From contig CAVVPN010000003.1 in NCBI GenBank assembly GCA_963750165.1, positions 1,696,001 to 1,760,000 on the forward strand: 64,000 nucleotides of DNA. Reading direction: 5' to 3'. Below the pieces are notes generated by a model. That model was not told the origin of the DNA, ran no database searches, and saw only the letters and a list, made by a program, of their open reading frames with translations. Both the position numbers and the translations under genes were made by a program. Shown in pieces: positions 36,294-49,132 of the stretch. Each line of letters starts with the position of its first letter. Position 1 is the stretch's first letter. This DNA comes from an uncultured Gemmataceae bacterium. GTDB lineage: Bacteria > Planctomycetota > Planctomycetia > Gemmatales > Gemmataceae.

Positions 36294-37330
36294 ATGTCTG
36301 AACCCATGACGGTCCTGGTCACGGGCGGCGGCGGCTTTCTCGGCCGGGCCGTCGTCGAGCGTCTGCTGGCCCGCGGTGCGCGCGTCCGCAGTTTCGCCCG
36401 CGGCCCCTACCCCGAACTGACCGCCCGCGGCGTGGACGTGCGCCGGGGCGACCTGACCGACGCGGCCGCTGTGGCCGAGGCGGTTCGCGGCTGCGGCCTG
36501 GTGTTTCACGTCGCGGCGCGGCCGGGCGTCTGGGGCCGCTATCGCGACTTCTACCTGCCCAACGTCGTCGGCACGCAGAACATCCTCGTCGCCTGCCGCG
36601 CCGCCGGCGTGCGCCGCCTCGTCTACACCAGCTCGCCCAGCGTCGTCTTCAACGGCCGCGACATGGAAAACGTGGACGAGCGCGTGCCCTACCCAGGCCA
36701 CTACGAGGCCCACTATCCGAAGACCAAGGCCATCGCCGAGCGGCTGGTGCTGGCCGCCAACGGCCCGGACCTGGCGACGGTGGCGCTGCGGCCGCACCTG
36801 ATCTGGGGGCCGGGCGACAACCATCTGGTGCCGCGCATCCTGCGCGCGGCCGGGCGGGGGCGCTGCGCCGCTTCCGTGGGCCGGCCAAGCTCGTCGATAG
36901 CGTCTACATTGACAACGCCGCCGACGCCCACCTGCTGGCGGCGGATCGGCTGCACCCCGGCAGTGCCATCGGCGGCCGGGCGTACTTCATCGGCAACGGC
37001 GAACCGTGGCCGTTGTGGGATCTGGTGGACGGCATCCTGCAGGCGGGCGGGCTGCCGCCGGTGCGGCGTAGCGTCTCACCACAGCTGGCGTACGCGCTCG
37101 GCTGGCTCATCGAGTTAGGGGCGACGATGCTGCGCCTGGAGGCGGAACCGCGCATGACGCGCTTCGTGGCCCGCGAGCTGGCGACGGCGCACTGGTTCGA
37201 CCTGGGCGCCGCCCGCCGCGACCTCGGCTATGTGCCGTGCGTCGGCGTCGAGGAGGGGCTGCGGCGGCTGGCGGCGTGGCTGAAGGAACAGGAGGCGGGC
37301 GGAAAGATACTTCCCAGCGCTTCGGGGTAG
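36294..37330 (+). CDS. 3-beta-HSD/OleD-like NAD-dependent epimerase/dehydratase; 1-bp frameshift at ~36842
   Basis: [32 protein letters not shown]; continues in the other frame as [15 protein letters not shown]...ARRDLGY. Confidence 0.88.
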
Positions 37331-37382
37331 CGGAAGTCGCCAGACTTCCGTTGCGCGTCGGAAGTCTGGCGACTTCCGCTAC
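37327..37382. repeat. GTAG-type REP doublet, copy 2
   Basis: Same arms as 24403-24462. Confidence 0.85.
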
Positions 37383-37528
37383 CCCAGTTGCTACAACAGG
37401 GCACCGTAAATAACATTGATAACTCCTGCACGATTGATTCTCAAGGGCAAGCGTAGTCGTGCTGCCCAAGTGGGGGCGGAACACCCGCCTCCACATCTTC
37501 CTTCGCCCGGATGGCTGGGAGGCTTTCC

Positions 37529-38723
37529 ATGCGCACGGCCGTGGTGGTAGGGATGCTCCTGACGGTCAGCCTGCTCGCACCGCTTTGGCTGCCCGCGGGC
37601 CAGCCTGGCCCCACCAACGACCAGCCTGCGGCGACCGTGGAGGAACTGGTCCGCCGCCTGGGCAGCAAGCGCTTCCGCGAGCGCGACGAGGCGATGCGGC
37701 GGCTGGTGGAACTGGAAGTGGACGTCTCGACGTTGCGCCCAGCCCTCGAATCTCCCGACCGAGAAATGGTACGGCGAGCCGGCCTCGTGCTGGAGGGGGT
37801 TGCAAACCGCAAACGAGGCCGGATGCTCGGCCGGCTGGGGGAGTATGCGAAAGTCGGGGCGGTGGACCGGTTCGCGGAGTTGGTGGCGCGCTGGCCCGTG
37901 GGATGGGAGGAGGAGTTTTGTTGGCGTACCACCTACAACCTCGCCGTGGCGCTGTTCAAGTTCTGTCCGAAGCCCAAGGAGGTTCCGAGCGACGTTTGTC
38001 TGGATTTCCTGGCGGGAAAATCCCGTTTCCCTTGTCACGTCGTGGCCGCCACACGGGTCACTAATTTGCGCACCGTCTTTGATGAATTTGCCTTCTTCTT
38101 CCGAGGGCAAGAGGTGTGTTTTGATGGCTCACATTACGGCTGTGGTGCGTTCGTTTGCTCCGGGCCGGTCCACATCAAAGACGGAATCGGGTTTGGCGCC
38201 GTGTTTGCCGCCGGACCCGTCGATGTGGAAGGCCTATCCTGCACGGTCGTCGTCGCTGACGACGACATTACGATCCGGGACGGGCCAGCGGGGTTGGGGG
38301 CGAGATACTCCTTGGTCATCAGCCGGGGCACGGTCACTTGTTGTGAGAAGTTGACCAGCTGCCACATCGTGGCCGGCAAGAAAATCATTGTTACCCGCTC
38401 GAAGCAAAATGAGACGAGCCGGTTCACCGAGGGCGAACAGGAGCCCTTCGGCTTCGTGCGCTACTTCGACCCGACCCGGGAAGGCGTCACCGTTGAGGCC
38501 GCCAACGGCGGGGTGCGCGTCCGTGCGGCGGACGTGGCCAAGCCCTTCGCCAAGGCGGGGTTGAAGGCGGGCGACCTCATCACGGCCGTGAACGGCGCCG
38601 TCGCCAGTGACCCGGAGGCGTTCCGCCGCTTGCTGCGCCGCGCCATCGTGGCGGACAACGGGCTGACCCTCCGCGTCCTGCGCCGGCAAAACCCTGGATG
38701 TGCGCGTGCCGGCCACGTCTTAG
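37529..38723 (+). CDS. Secreted protein with N-terminal HEAT-like segment and C-terminal PDZ domain; probable frameshift at ~38683
   Basis: Signal peptide; LVRRLGSKRFRERDEA; PFAKAGLKAGDLITAVNG PDZ motif; last strand GKTLDVRVPATS* lies in a shifted frame. Confidence 0.7.
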
Positions 38724-38980
38724 TGCGTGCCCAAGCAACCTGCTGTGCGACCGGGTGCGCGCGGTTCGCCCCGCGCCGGCAACACCCGGCGCTCTTCGGC
38801 GCGGCCGTGCGCGGACTGGCGGCTTGACTCCGACAACACCGGGCGCTGGCTGGCACGGCCGTGCCCGGTGGGGCGCTCTCTGGCCAATCGGGGTCTGTGA
38901 GAAACGTGAGATGAAACGGCAACCCCAATGCCACCGTGGGGTTATTTCATATCACCCTCGTGAGATGAAACGGCGTCTTC

Positions 38981-39034
38981 TGAGCCCCAAGCACAAGCGC
39001 GGGAGTCAGCGTCCCGCGCTTGCGCTTCGGGCTC
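38981..39034. repeat. AGCCCGAAGCGCAAGCG-type REP palindrome
   Basis: GAGCCCCAAGCACAAGCGCGGGA...TCCCGCGCTTGCGCTTCGGGCTC; related to 55724-55776 and a partial copy at ~26229. Confidence 0.75.
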
Positions 39035-39055
39035 AAAAGACTCAGCGCCAGCCGC

Positions 39056-42000
39056 TCAATCGTCCATCTTCTTCCCAAAAGCCTGAACGCGGAGCGTGTA
39101 CGGCCCTGTTTGCCCCAGGTCCGCAGTGGCGATGACGACGGTATACGTGCCGGTTTGCGGCGGCGTGATGTCGAGCTGCACCCGCCGGCCGCGCGGCGTG
39201 CCCGGCTCAGGGCGCTGCACCAGGCCCTGCTTTCCGGTCGGGTCGATGAGCAAGACCAGCGGGTCGAACTTGGTGCTCTCAATCACAAGCGTGTGCGGCC
39301 GGCCGCCGGTCAGCTCGACCTTGTGCCGGGCCTCGAACCGGCCCTGCACCTTGTTGCTCTTGTCCGTCAGCTCCTTCGCCAGCTCCATCGGCTTGCCGAA
39401 CGGCATCGTCGGCAGCAGTTTCAGCAAATACTGCCCGGTCGCCGCGGGCGTGAAGGACGCGACCACGAGGCGATACGTGCCGTCCGCCGGCGGCGTGAAG
39501 ATCAGGCGCGAGTCCAGCACCTTCGGCGGGGTGACATCGTCGTTGTACAGCAACAGCTTGCCGGCGCTGTCCTCGACACGCAGGAAGGTGTCGAACTCGC
39601 CGGTCAGGTCGATCTGGTACGTCTTGCCGGCCGACAGTTTGACGGCGTGGACGCGGCGGTGGCTCTTCTGCGTCGGTGGGAAGGTGTCGAACGGGTCGTC
39701 CTTCGTCAGCGTGCCCTTGATGCCGGCCGCGGCGGCGGCCTCGTCCACGACCGGCACCGGCTTCAGGGCGGCGAGCCGGCGGTCGCTCTCGGCGATGACG
39801 ACGCGGGCCAGCTGCTGCAGCGGGAGAACCGACGACAGGGGTTGCGTGCTGGCCGACAGCAGTTCCAGGCCCTTGCGGGCGGCGGCCCGGGCGTCGGCGA
39901 ACCGGCCAGCCTTCAGCAGCCCCTCGGCCATCACGACGTGGTAACTGCCCTCCCGCGGGTGCAGCCGCGCCGCCTTCTGCATCCACATGACGCCCTCGTC
40001 GGTCTGGTTCAGGCGGAACAGCGTGGCGCCGAGCACCGAACACAGCAGCGGGTCCTCGGGGGCAAGCTTCAGGCCGCGCCGGTACAGATCGGCGGCATCC
40101 TGCATTTTGCCGTATTTCATGTGATACAGGCCCAGGTACATCAGGTTCATGGGGCTGCGGTCGTTCAGCTGAACCGCCCGTTCCAGCGCGGTCAGGGCCG
40201 CGGTCTTCTGGTTCCGCAACAGCAGGGCGTAACCAAGTGCGCGGTAACCGTCCTCGTTCAGCGGGTCCAGCTCCGTGGCCCGCCGCGCCGCCTTCTCGGC
40301 CCCGGCCGTGTCCTGCAGCCGGATCAGGACGTTCGCTCGCTCGGTCAGCAGATAGACATCGTCGGGTTGTTTTTTCAACTCCCGGTCGAGGATGGCGCGG
40401 GCGTCGGCCAGGTGGCCGGCGTTGGCCAGCACCGCCGCCAGGCTGCCGTGGGCGAGCGGGTTGTCGGGCTGGAGGGCGACGGCGGTCCGCAGGTAGCCGG
40501 CGCTCTCCGAGTACTGCCGGTCCCGGGACAGCAGTTGGCCGGTTTGCAGCGTAAGCAAGAAATCGGTCGGGTGCAGGGCCTGCGCGTTGCGCAGAAAGGC
40601 GACCGCGGCCGCGCGGGGGCCGCCTTTTTCGAGCACAACGCTGATCGTGTACAGCAGCGCCGGGGACAGCCGGCCCAGCGGCGCCGCGGTCACGTGCTTC
40701 ATCAGGGCGGCCGGATCCCCCCACAGCGATGCGTCCCGGAACCGCTTCGCCCACGGGTCCGGGTCGGCCGCCTGCGCCGCCGCCAGGAGGGCGGCGTGCG
40801 TGCGGGAGTGCTCGGCATCCCCGGTGAGGGAGACGGCCCAGTCATCCAGGGCGGCCACCAGTTGCTCGCGGATCGGCGCGCGGCTGATGCGGGCGACGAC
40901 CGCGGCCTCCTGGCCCGGTGTCGGGACCAGCCCGGCCTTGCGGAACAGCGCTTCATACCGCCGCGCGGACTTCTGGAAGCCGAACGAGTGACCGCTGCCA
41001 CGCGCCAGGGCGGCCTTCTGTTGCCGGACCTGGTTGAGGTCCACGGCCAGCTGGCGGTCGGCCTCGTCGCCCTGGAGCTGCGCCTGCAGGGCGACGAGCC
41101 GCCGCACCAGTCCCGGGTCGAGGTCCACGCCGGCGCCGTCGGCCTGCTGCCGCGCCGCCGCCACGACCGCCGCCGGCTTCTGCAGCTGGACCTGCCAGTC
41201 CGCCGGGTTGTTCAGCAGCCGGAACACCCCGCCCTGCTCCTGCAACTTCTTCTGCAATTCCGTGCGCTCCCTCTCCGCCTGGCCCAGCACCGCGACGAGT
41301 TGCGCCTCCACGCGCGCCCGCTTCTCCGCCCGCGCCACCCGCGCCGCCAGTTCCTGCCGCTCCTGCTCCTGCGCCTGTTCGATGGCCGCGCGTTCCCGTT
41401 CGGCCTGGTCCTGCTGATACCAGAAGCCGCCCGCCACCGCCGCGGCCGTGGCGACCAGCAGCGCCGCCGCCAGGCCCGTCACCAGTGCCTTGTGGCGGCG
41501 CACCCAGCGGCCGGCCCGCTTCGGCAGCGGCTCCCGGTACGCGCTGATCGGCTCGTCCGCCAACCAGTGCTCCACGTCTTCCGCCAGCGCCCGCGCCGAG
41601 GCATAGCGGTCCTGCGGCCGCAGCGCCATCGCCTTCAGGCAAATGGCCTCCAGCGTCTTCGGCACCGCCGGCTGGACGCGGCGCGGCGGCGGAAAGTCGC
41701 CGCGCTCGGCCCGGCGCAGGGCCTCGGGGGTGTTGGCCACGTCAATGGGCGGCTTGCCGGTGAGCAGGCAGAACAGGGTAGCGCCCAGGCCGTAGACATC
41801 GCTGGCAAGGCCGAGGTCGGGTTGCCCACCGGCCTGTTCGGGGCTCATGTAGGCGGGCGTGCCGATCACGGCGCCGGGCCGCGTCAGCCCGGGGTTGCTG
41901 CCGGTCCAGGTCAGCGTCGCGCCGTCCGTCAACTCCGGCTCGGCCTGGTCGAGGGCGCGGGCCAGGCCCCAGTCCACGAGCAGGGTTTCGCCGAAGTCGC

Positions 42001-42807
42001 CGAGCATGACGTTGGCCGGCTTGAGGTCGCGGTGCAGCACGTTCTTGCTGTGCGCGTAGGCGACGGCGTTGCACACCGCCACGAACCGCCCCAGCAGCAG
42101 CCGCAGTTCCGGAGCGTTGGCCGGCCCGCCGCCGCGGTGGAAGCGCTGGATGGCGGCCGCCAGGCTCAGGCCCTGGATGAAGCGCATGGCGTAGAAGGGC
42201 CGGCCGTCGGCGTGGAAGCCGAGGTCGTAGACCGGCACGATGCCCGGATGCTCCAGCCGACCCGTCACCTCGGCCTCGCGCACGAAGCGCTCGCGGTTGG
42301 CTGGGTCGGCGGCGCGCTCGGCCTGAATTTCCTTGAGCGCGACCTGGCGGCCCAGGCCGGCGTCCTCGGCCAGGTAGACCTCGCCGAGCCCACCGCGGGC
42401 GTGCAAGTGCAGCACGCGGTAGCGCCCCCGCGCTCGGCGGTCGGCGGGGCCGGGGTTTCGGCCGCAGCTGCCGTGTGGTCCGTGGTGGCGGCGGCCAGGC
42501 TGGCCTGCACGTCGGCGTCGCCGAGGATGCGCAGCCGGGCCACAAAGCTCTGCGTTTCCGGCAGCGCTGCCAGGCACTGCTGCGCGTCCTGGTCGTGGGC
42601 CGCGAGCGTCTCGGCCAGGGCCGCCGCCAGCGCCGCGGCCTGCTCGGCCGACAGCAGGCCGCGCTCGGCGAGCAGCGTGGCCAGCGACTGAGACGGGTCG
42701 TGCTCCCACGCGCGCACGGCGTCGGCCGCGGCCTCTTGCGAGAGAAAGCCGAGCTTCACGGCCAGCAGCCCGGTCAACAAACTGTCGGCAGTGGACGGAT
42801 GGAACAC
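39056..42807 (-). CDS. Ser/Thr protein kinase with TM helix, TPR repeats and two C-terminal PPC-like domains; 1-bp frameshift in G5 run at 42425-42429
   Basis: GGLGEVY, VALK, HRDLKPAN, DWGLA, GTPAYMSPE, SDVYGLG; upstream frame gives the typical planctomycete kinase N-terminus (LLTGLLAVKLGFLS) from GTG 42807 with GGAGA RBS. Confidence 0.9.
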
Positions 42808-42983
42808 GGGCGTTCTCCGTAAGGATGCGGCGACGTTATCGGGTTGATGGTAACACGTTGGCAGCCGAGTGCAACCGTCCAGCCGGCCACTTGGGCTTGA
42901 TTCCGCCCCCGTCCCTGTTACCAGATATGCTGGCCGCCTCACGGACGGGGCGGCGCCCCCGGGACCGGAACCCCTGAGCGACC

Positions 42984-43748
42984 ATGACAATCAAAACCGC
43001 GGTCATCATTCCCGCCCGCTACGCCTCCACCCGCCTGCCTGGCAAACCGCTGCTGCGCCAGACTGGCAAGTACCTCATCCAGCACGTCTACGAGCGCGCC
43101 TGCCAGGCCCACGCCGACCTGGTGCTGGTCGCCACCGACGACGAGCGCATTGCCGCGGCCGTGGAGGGCTTCGGCGGCCGCGTCGCCATGACCCGCGCCG
43201 ACCACCCGACCGGCACCGACCGCATCGCCGAGGTCGCCCGCACCCTGGACGCCGAGGTCATCATCAACCTGCAGGGCGACGAGCCGTTGATCGAGCCGTC
43301 GTGCCTGGACGCCTTGCCACGGTTGCTGGAGAACGACACCGCCGCGGACGTGGCCACGCTGGCGACGCCGATCCGCAGCCTGGAACTGTGGCGCGACCCG
43401 GCGTGCGTCAAGGTGGTGCGCGACGAGTGCGGCCGGGCGCTGTACTTCAGCCGCAGTCCGATTCCGTATGTGCGCGACGGCGAACCGAATTTCGCCCAGC
43501 ATCCGGCGCTGTTCCTGCAGCACCTGGGGCTGTACGCCTATCGGCGGCCGTTCCTGCTGCGGTTGGCCGCCCTGCCGCCGGAACCGCTGGAAGAGGTGGA
43601 GAAGCTCGAACAGCTGCGGGTGCTGGCGCTGGGGCGGCGCATCCAGGTCGGCATCGTGGAGCAGGCGGCGCGGGGCGTCGATACGCCGGCGGACTACGAG
43701 CGCTTCGTGCGCGAGTACCGCGGCGGCTTCAGCGCGGCGGCCGCATAA
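42984..43748 (+). CDS. kdsB: 3-deoxy-manno-octulosonate cytidylyltransferase
   Basis: IPARYASTRLPGKPL, TGTDR, NLQGDEP, ALYFSR, HLGLYAY, EKLEQLR, GVDT. Confidence 0.97.
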   Translation: MTIKTAVIIPARYASTRLPGKPLLRQTGKYLIQHVYERACQAHADLVLVATDDERIAAAVEGFGGRVAMTRADHPTGTDRIAEVARTLDAEVIINLQGDEPLIEPSCLDALPRLLENDTAADVATLATPIRSLELWRDPACVKVVRDECGRALYFSRSPIPYVRDGEPNFAQHPALFLQHLGLYAYRRPFLLRLAALPPEPLEEVEKLEQLRVLALGRRIQVGIVEQAARGVDTPADYERFVREYRGGFSAAAA

Positions 43749-43750
43749 AA

Positions 43751-43858
43751 GGAATTCGCCACAGAGAACACAGAGAGCGCAGAGAAAAGACAAAAGAAAA
43801 AAAGATAAACATATTCTGTCTTTTCTCTGCGCTCTCTGTGTTCTCTGTGGCGAATTCC
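43751..43858. repeat. 9-nt-periodic inverted repeat element
   Basis: GGAATTCGCCACAGAGAACACAGAGAGCGCAGAGAAAAGACA and its perfect 42-bp complement. Confidence 0.9.
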
Positions 43859-43917
43859 TCTTCGATGCCAGCGGCATCGGCTATACTAGACTTTTGTTGT
43901 TCCCTGGCGGTTGGTGA

Positions 43918-45594
<1,677 letters not shown>

Positions 45595-45678
45595 TGCCGA
45601 CAGAGGCACCATCCCCGTTGAGAGTGGTTCGCAGTTGTGTGGACCACGAACGGCAGGCCGGCGCTGCCAGGCGGCGAT

Positions 45679-45873
45679 TCTCGACGTGTGAAAAAGTTGG
45701 CGTTCTTGGCGTCCTTGGCGTTCTTGCTGTGGCAACCGCCGCCGCTGGTGGTCGCGCCGTGCCAGCCGTGCGGGGCCAGGGCGCCAATTCTCGACGTGCG
45801 AAAAAGTTGGCCCCCTTGGCCCCCTTGGCCCCCTTGCTGTGGCAGTGCAGGCCGCTGGTGGTCAGCCCGTGCC
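45679..45873 (+). repeat. Two tandem copies of the dispersed ~85-bp repeat (see 24811)
   Basis: TCTCGACGTG(T/C)GAAAAAGTTGG...CTTGCTGTGGCA at ~45679 and ~45789. Confidence 0.85.
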
Positions 45874-45914
45874 CGCCGCCCACTCGTGTGCAAACCGTGC
45901 GTGAACCGCTCCAG

Positions 45915-46907
45915 TCAGATGTGCAGTTCCACCACGTCCCTGTCGTGCAGCACGTGATCGCGCTTGATGGTCTGGCCATCGAAGACGCCCGTGCCCCAGA
46001 TGCGCGCCGACTTGAGGTTCTCCTGAAAGTCGTGGTGGACCCGCGCCGCCATCTCCACCAGCGTGCTGCCAGCCGGGCAGGTGAATGGCGCAGTCATGTC
46101 CGCTGGCTTGCCCGGCAGCTTCGTGTAAACGCGGATCACGTTCAGGAAGCGATAAATGCGCTTGCGCAGCTCCTCCAGGCCGGTGCCATGTTCCGCGGCA
46201 ATCACCTGGATCGGGAAACGTTCGCCGAACAGTTCGCGCACCAGGTCGAGGCGTTCCTGCGCGTCGGGCAGGTCGAGCTTGTTGGCGACCAGCAACGTGC
46301 GGACGTACTGCACCGTCAGGTCATCCTGCTGCGCGGGCGGTTGGCCGACCAGCACCGTCTTGGTTTCCGCCAGGCGGTCGAGGGCCGCCTGCGCCGCGAA
46401 GGGGCCGTCGTCGTCGCCGAGGTCCACCAGCAGCAGCGCCGCCTCGGCGGTGCGCACCATTGTCGAGACGTAGCCCTCCAGGAAGTCCGCGGTGATCGGC
46501 GGCAGATCGATGAGCTGCACGCGCACGTCCTCGAAGTCCATCATGCCGACGTGCGGCTCGCGCGTGGTGAACGGATACGGCGCCACCTCCGGCGTCGCCC
46601 GTGTCAGCCGCGACAGCAGCCGGCTCTTGCCCGCGTTGGGGCCGCCGACCAGCACGTATTGCCCGGCTCCCTGCTTCGGTATCTTGTGGCTGACGCTCGC
46701 CTTCTTCGGGCTTTTTTTCTCCTTTTCGATCTCGTCCTTCGTCTCGCTGATCTTGGTTTTGAGGTCCGCTTGCAGTTTTTCGCTGGCCTTGTGCTTGGGC
46801 ACCAGCGCGTACATCTTCTTCAGACAGGCCAGGCGCTCCTCGGCCGTCTGCGCCTTCTTGTACTCGGCCTCCGCCTCGTGGTACTGCGGGGTCAGGTTGG
46901 TGGCCAT
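45915..46907 (-). CDS. OBG-family GTPase, DRG-like, with C-terminal TGS domain
   Basis: PKHKASEKL...LK N-terminus, GGPNAGKS, YPFTT, DLPP, NKLD, IRVYTK, HVLHDRDVVELH. Confidence 0.9.
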   Translation of the reverse strand: MATNLTPQYHEAEAEYKKAQTAEERLACLKKMYALVPKHKASEKLQADLKTKISETKDEIEKEKKSPKKASVSHKIPKQGAGQYVLVGGPNAGKSRLLSRLTRATPEVAPYPFTTREPHVGMMDFEDVRVQLIDLPPITADFLEGYVSTMVRTAEAALLLVDLGDDDGPFAAQAALDRLAETKTVLVGQPPAQQDDLTVQYVRTLLVANKLDLPDAQERLDLVRELFGERFPIQVIAAEHGTGLEELRKRIYRFLNVIRVYTKLPGKPADMTAPFTCPAGSTLVEMAARVHHDFQENLKSARIWGTGVFDGQTIKRDHVLHDRDVVELHI

Positions 46908-46926
46908 GTGCGTTCGGGGGTTGTAT

Positions 46927-46976
46927 TTTCTGCCGCTTGCGGCCTGGCGGGAGCGCCAGGCCGCAAGCGGCGGAAA
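46927..46976. repeat. Palindromic repeat (CCGCTTGCGGC type)
   Basis: TTTCTGCCGCTTGCGGCCTGGCG / CGCCAGGCCGCAAGCGGCGGAAA. Confidence 0.7.
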
Positions 46977-47072
46977 GGAAGAAAGCCTGCGCGTGCCTCT
47001 GTCACGCCCTCCGTGGTCACTGTATACTGCCCCAGGATTGGGGACAACCGCGTTACCTTCCGGACCACCGCC

Positions 47073-47897
47073 ATGCCTGAGCTGTTCGACCAGATCCAGG
47101 AAACCAAGCAGGTCATCGAGGCCCGATGGCAGAACACGCCGCGCGTCGGCATCATCCTGGGCACCGGCCTGGGCGGCCTCGTTTCGGAGATCCAGGAAGA
47201 GGCGTCCTTCCCCTACGAGGAACTCCCCCACTTCCCGGTCGCGACGGTTGCGTCGCACGCTGGCCGGCTGGTGTGCGGCAAGCTGGCCGGCAAGACCGTC
47301 ATGGCGATGGAGGGCCGCATTCACTTCTACGAGGGTTATAGTCTCAAACAGATCACCTTCCCGGTGCGCGTCATGCGGGCGCTGGGCTGCGAGGTGCTGG
47401 TCGTCTCCAACGCCTGCGGCGGCATGAACCCGCAGTACGACAAGGGCGACCTCATGGTCATCGAGGACCACATCAACCTCATGGGCGACAACCCGCTCAT
47501 CGGCAAGAACGACGACCGCCTCGGCATCCGCTTCCCCGACATGACGCACCCCTACGACCCGGAACTGATCCGGCTGACGCTGCGCCTCGCCCTGGAGGAG
47601 CAGATTATTTGCCACAAGGGCGTGTTCGTGGCGGTGCCGGGGCCGAACCTGGAGACGCGCGCCGAGTACCGTTTCCTGCGCGGCATTGGCGCTGACGTGG
47701 TCGGCATGTCCACGGTGCCGGAGGTCATTGTCGCCGTCCATGCGGGGCTGCGCACGGTCGGCTTCTCGGTGGTCACGGACATGTGTCTGCCGGACGCGCT
47801 GGAGCCGGCGAAACTCGAAGACATCATCGCGGTCGCCAACGCCGCCGAGAAGAAGTTGCGGGTGCTGGTGCGGCGCCTGGTGGGAGAACTACCTTGA
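47073..47897 (+). CDS. punA: Purine nucleoside phosphorylase (trimeric family)
   Basis: IILGTGLG, HAGRL, GRIHFYEG, NACGG, DHIN, GPNLETRAE, VGMSTVPE. Confidence 0.93.
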   Translation: MPELFDQIQETKQVIEARWQNTPRVGIILGTGLGGLVSEIQEEASFPYEELPHFPVATVASHAGRLVCGKLAGKTVMAMEGRIHFYEGYSLKQITFPVRVMRALGCEVLVVSNACGGMNPQYDKGDLMVIEDHINLMGDNPLIGKNDDRLGIRFPDMTHPYDPELIRLTLRLALEEQIICHKGVFVAVPGPNLETRAEYRFLRGIGADVVGMSTVPEVIVAVHAGLRTVGFSVVTDMCLPDALEPAKLEDIIAVANAAEKKLRVLVRRLVGELP

Positions 47898-48616
47898 GCC
47901 GCCGCGGACTGGTGCTCGCCTTCGCGTTGGTCTTCCCCAGCGTCATGACCTGGGTCTCCTTCGTGGCGCTCGCTGAATCGGGGACTCGGGGCGCTGCATT
48001 TCGAGTCGCCTACGTCGCCGGCAAGGTGGTGCAGTTCGGGCTGCCGGTGGTGTTCGTCGGCCTGACGGCGCCCGGCCAACTGCGGCCGGCCCTGCCGACG
48101 ATGCGCGGACTGGGGCTGGGGCTAGCGTTCGGCCTGCTGGTCGCGGCGGGTATCGGCGGGCTGTATCTGTTCTGGCTGCGCGGCAACCCGCTCGTGGGCG
48201 AAACGCCGGATCGGCTCCACGCCATTCTGCTGCGCTACGGGATCGAAACACCGGCGGAATTTGTGGTCCTGGCGTGCGTGATCGCCGTCGGCCATTCGCT
48301 GCTGGAGGAGTATTACTGGCGCTGGTTCGTGTACTTCGGTTTGCGGCGGCTGTTGCCGGCGTGGGCGGCGCTGGTGGTCGGCAGTTTGGGCTTCATGGCC
48401 CATCATGTGATCCTGCTGGCGGTGTATTTTCCAGGGCCGCAGGCGTTCGCGACGCTGGTGGTGCCGTTCGCGCTGGCGGTGGCGGTCGGCGGAGCGTTCT
48501 GGTGCTGGCTGTATGAGCGCAGCGGCACGTTTTACGCGCCGTGGCTCAGCCATCTGGTCGTGGACGCGGCGCTGATGGCGGTCGGCTATGACCTGGTGAT
48601 GTGCTACTGGGCGTGA
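47894..48616 (+). CDS. CPBP (CAAX/Abi) family intramembrane metalloprotease
   Basis: LLEEYYWRWF, FMAHH, SHLVVD motifs; multiple TM segments; TTG overlapping upstream stop. Confidence 0.88.
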   Translation: MSRRGLVLAFALVFPSVMTWVSFVALAESGTRGAAFRVAYVAGKVVQFGLPVVFVGLTAPGQLRPALPTMRGLGLGLAFGLLVAAGIGGLYLFWLRGNPLVGETPDRLHAILLRYGIETPAEFVVLACVIAVGHSLLEEYYWRWFVYFGLRRLLPAWAALVVGSLGFMAHHVILLAVYFPGPQAFATLVVPFALAVAVGGAFWCWLYERSGTFYAPWLSHLVVDAALMAVGYDLVMCYWA

Positions 48617-48655
48617 ACTGCTTCTTCTGCCGCTTGCGGCGGAACAGCGGCGTCA

Positions 48656-49132
48656 TCACTCCGCCTCCTCGTCGTCTTCGAAGTCAAACCGAGGCGGGTC
48701 GGCGGGCTGGGCCGGTTTGGCCGAGCGTTTCGCCGCGCTCCGTGGCGGCTTGATGAGGCCCGCCTTCTCCAGCAAGGGCGTGCCCAGGATGTCCTCTTCC
48801 TCTTCCATGATCGCTTCCAGCGCTCGCTGGCCGACGGGTGGGGTGTATTCGATGGTGTAAGTGCGCCTGGCGATGCTGATGGTGTCGCCGGGGTGCAGCA
48901 GTTTCTTCGGCACGCGCGTGCCGTTGACCTTGGTGCCGTTGGTGCTGCCGTGGTCGAAAATCCACCAGAAGCCGTCGCGGAAGATCATCTCGCAGTGCAG
49001 ACCGGAGACGTTCGGCAATCGCAGACACACATCGCACGAATCGCGCCGGCCGAAGGTCAGCGGGCTGCGCACCAGTGGGATCGTGTCGCCGCCGCCGACC
49101 GGGATCAGTTCCCCGTGAGGTTCGATGCTCAT
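48656..49132 (-). CDS. FHA domain protein
   Basis: FGR, VSGLHC, GSTNGTKVNG, LHPGD. Confidence 0.92.
   Translation of the reverse strand: MSIEPHGELIPVGGGDTIPLVRSPLTFGRRDSCDVCLRLPNVSGLHCEMIFRDGFWWIFDHGSTNGTKVNGTRVPKKLLHPGDTISIARRTYTIEYTPPVGQRALEAIMEEEEDILGTPLLEKAGLIKPPRSAAKRSAKPAQPADPPRFDFEDDEEAE

Noticed and set aside
38780..38975. Short direct repeats CAACAC(C)CGG(G)CGCT and GTGAGATGAAACGGC
   Set aside because: Only two short copies each; no function or family can be supported
28786..42691. Long plus-strand ORFs 28786..31872, 33035..35974 and 39020..42691
   Set aside because: Antisense to well-supported minus-strand genes
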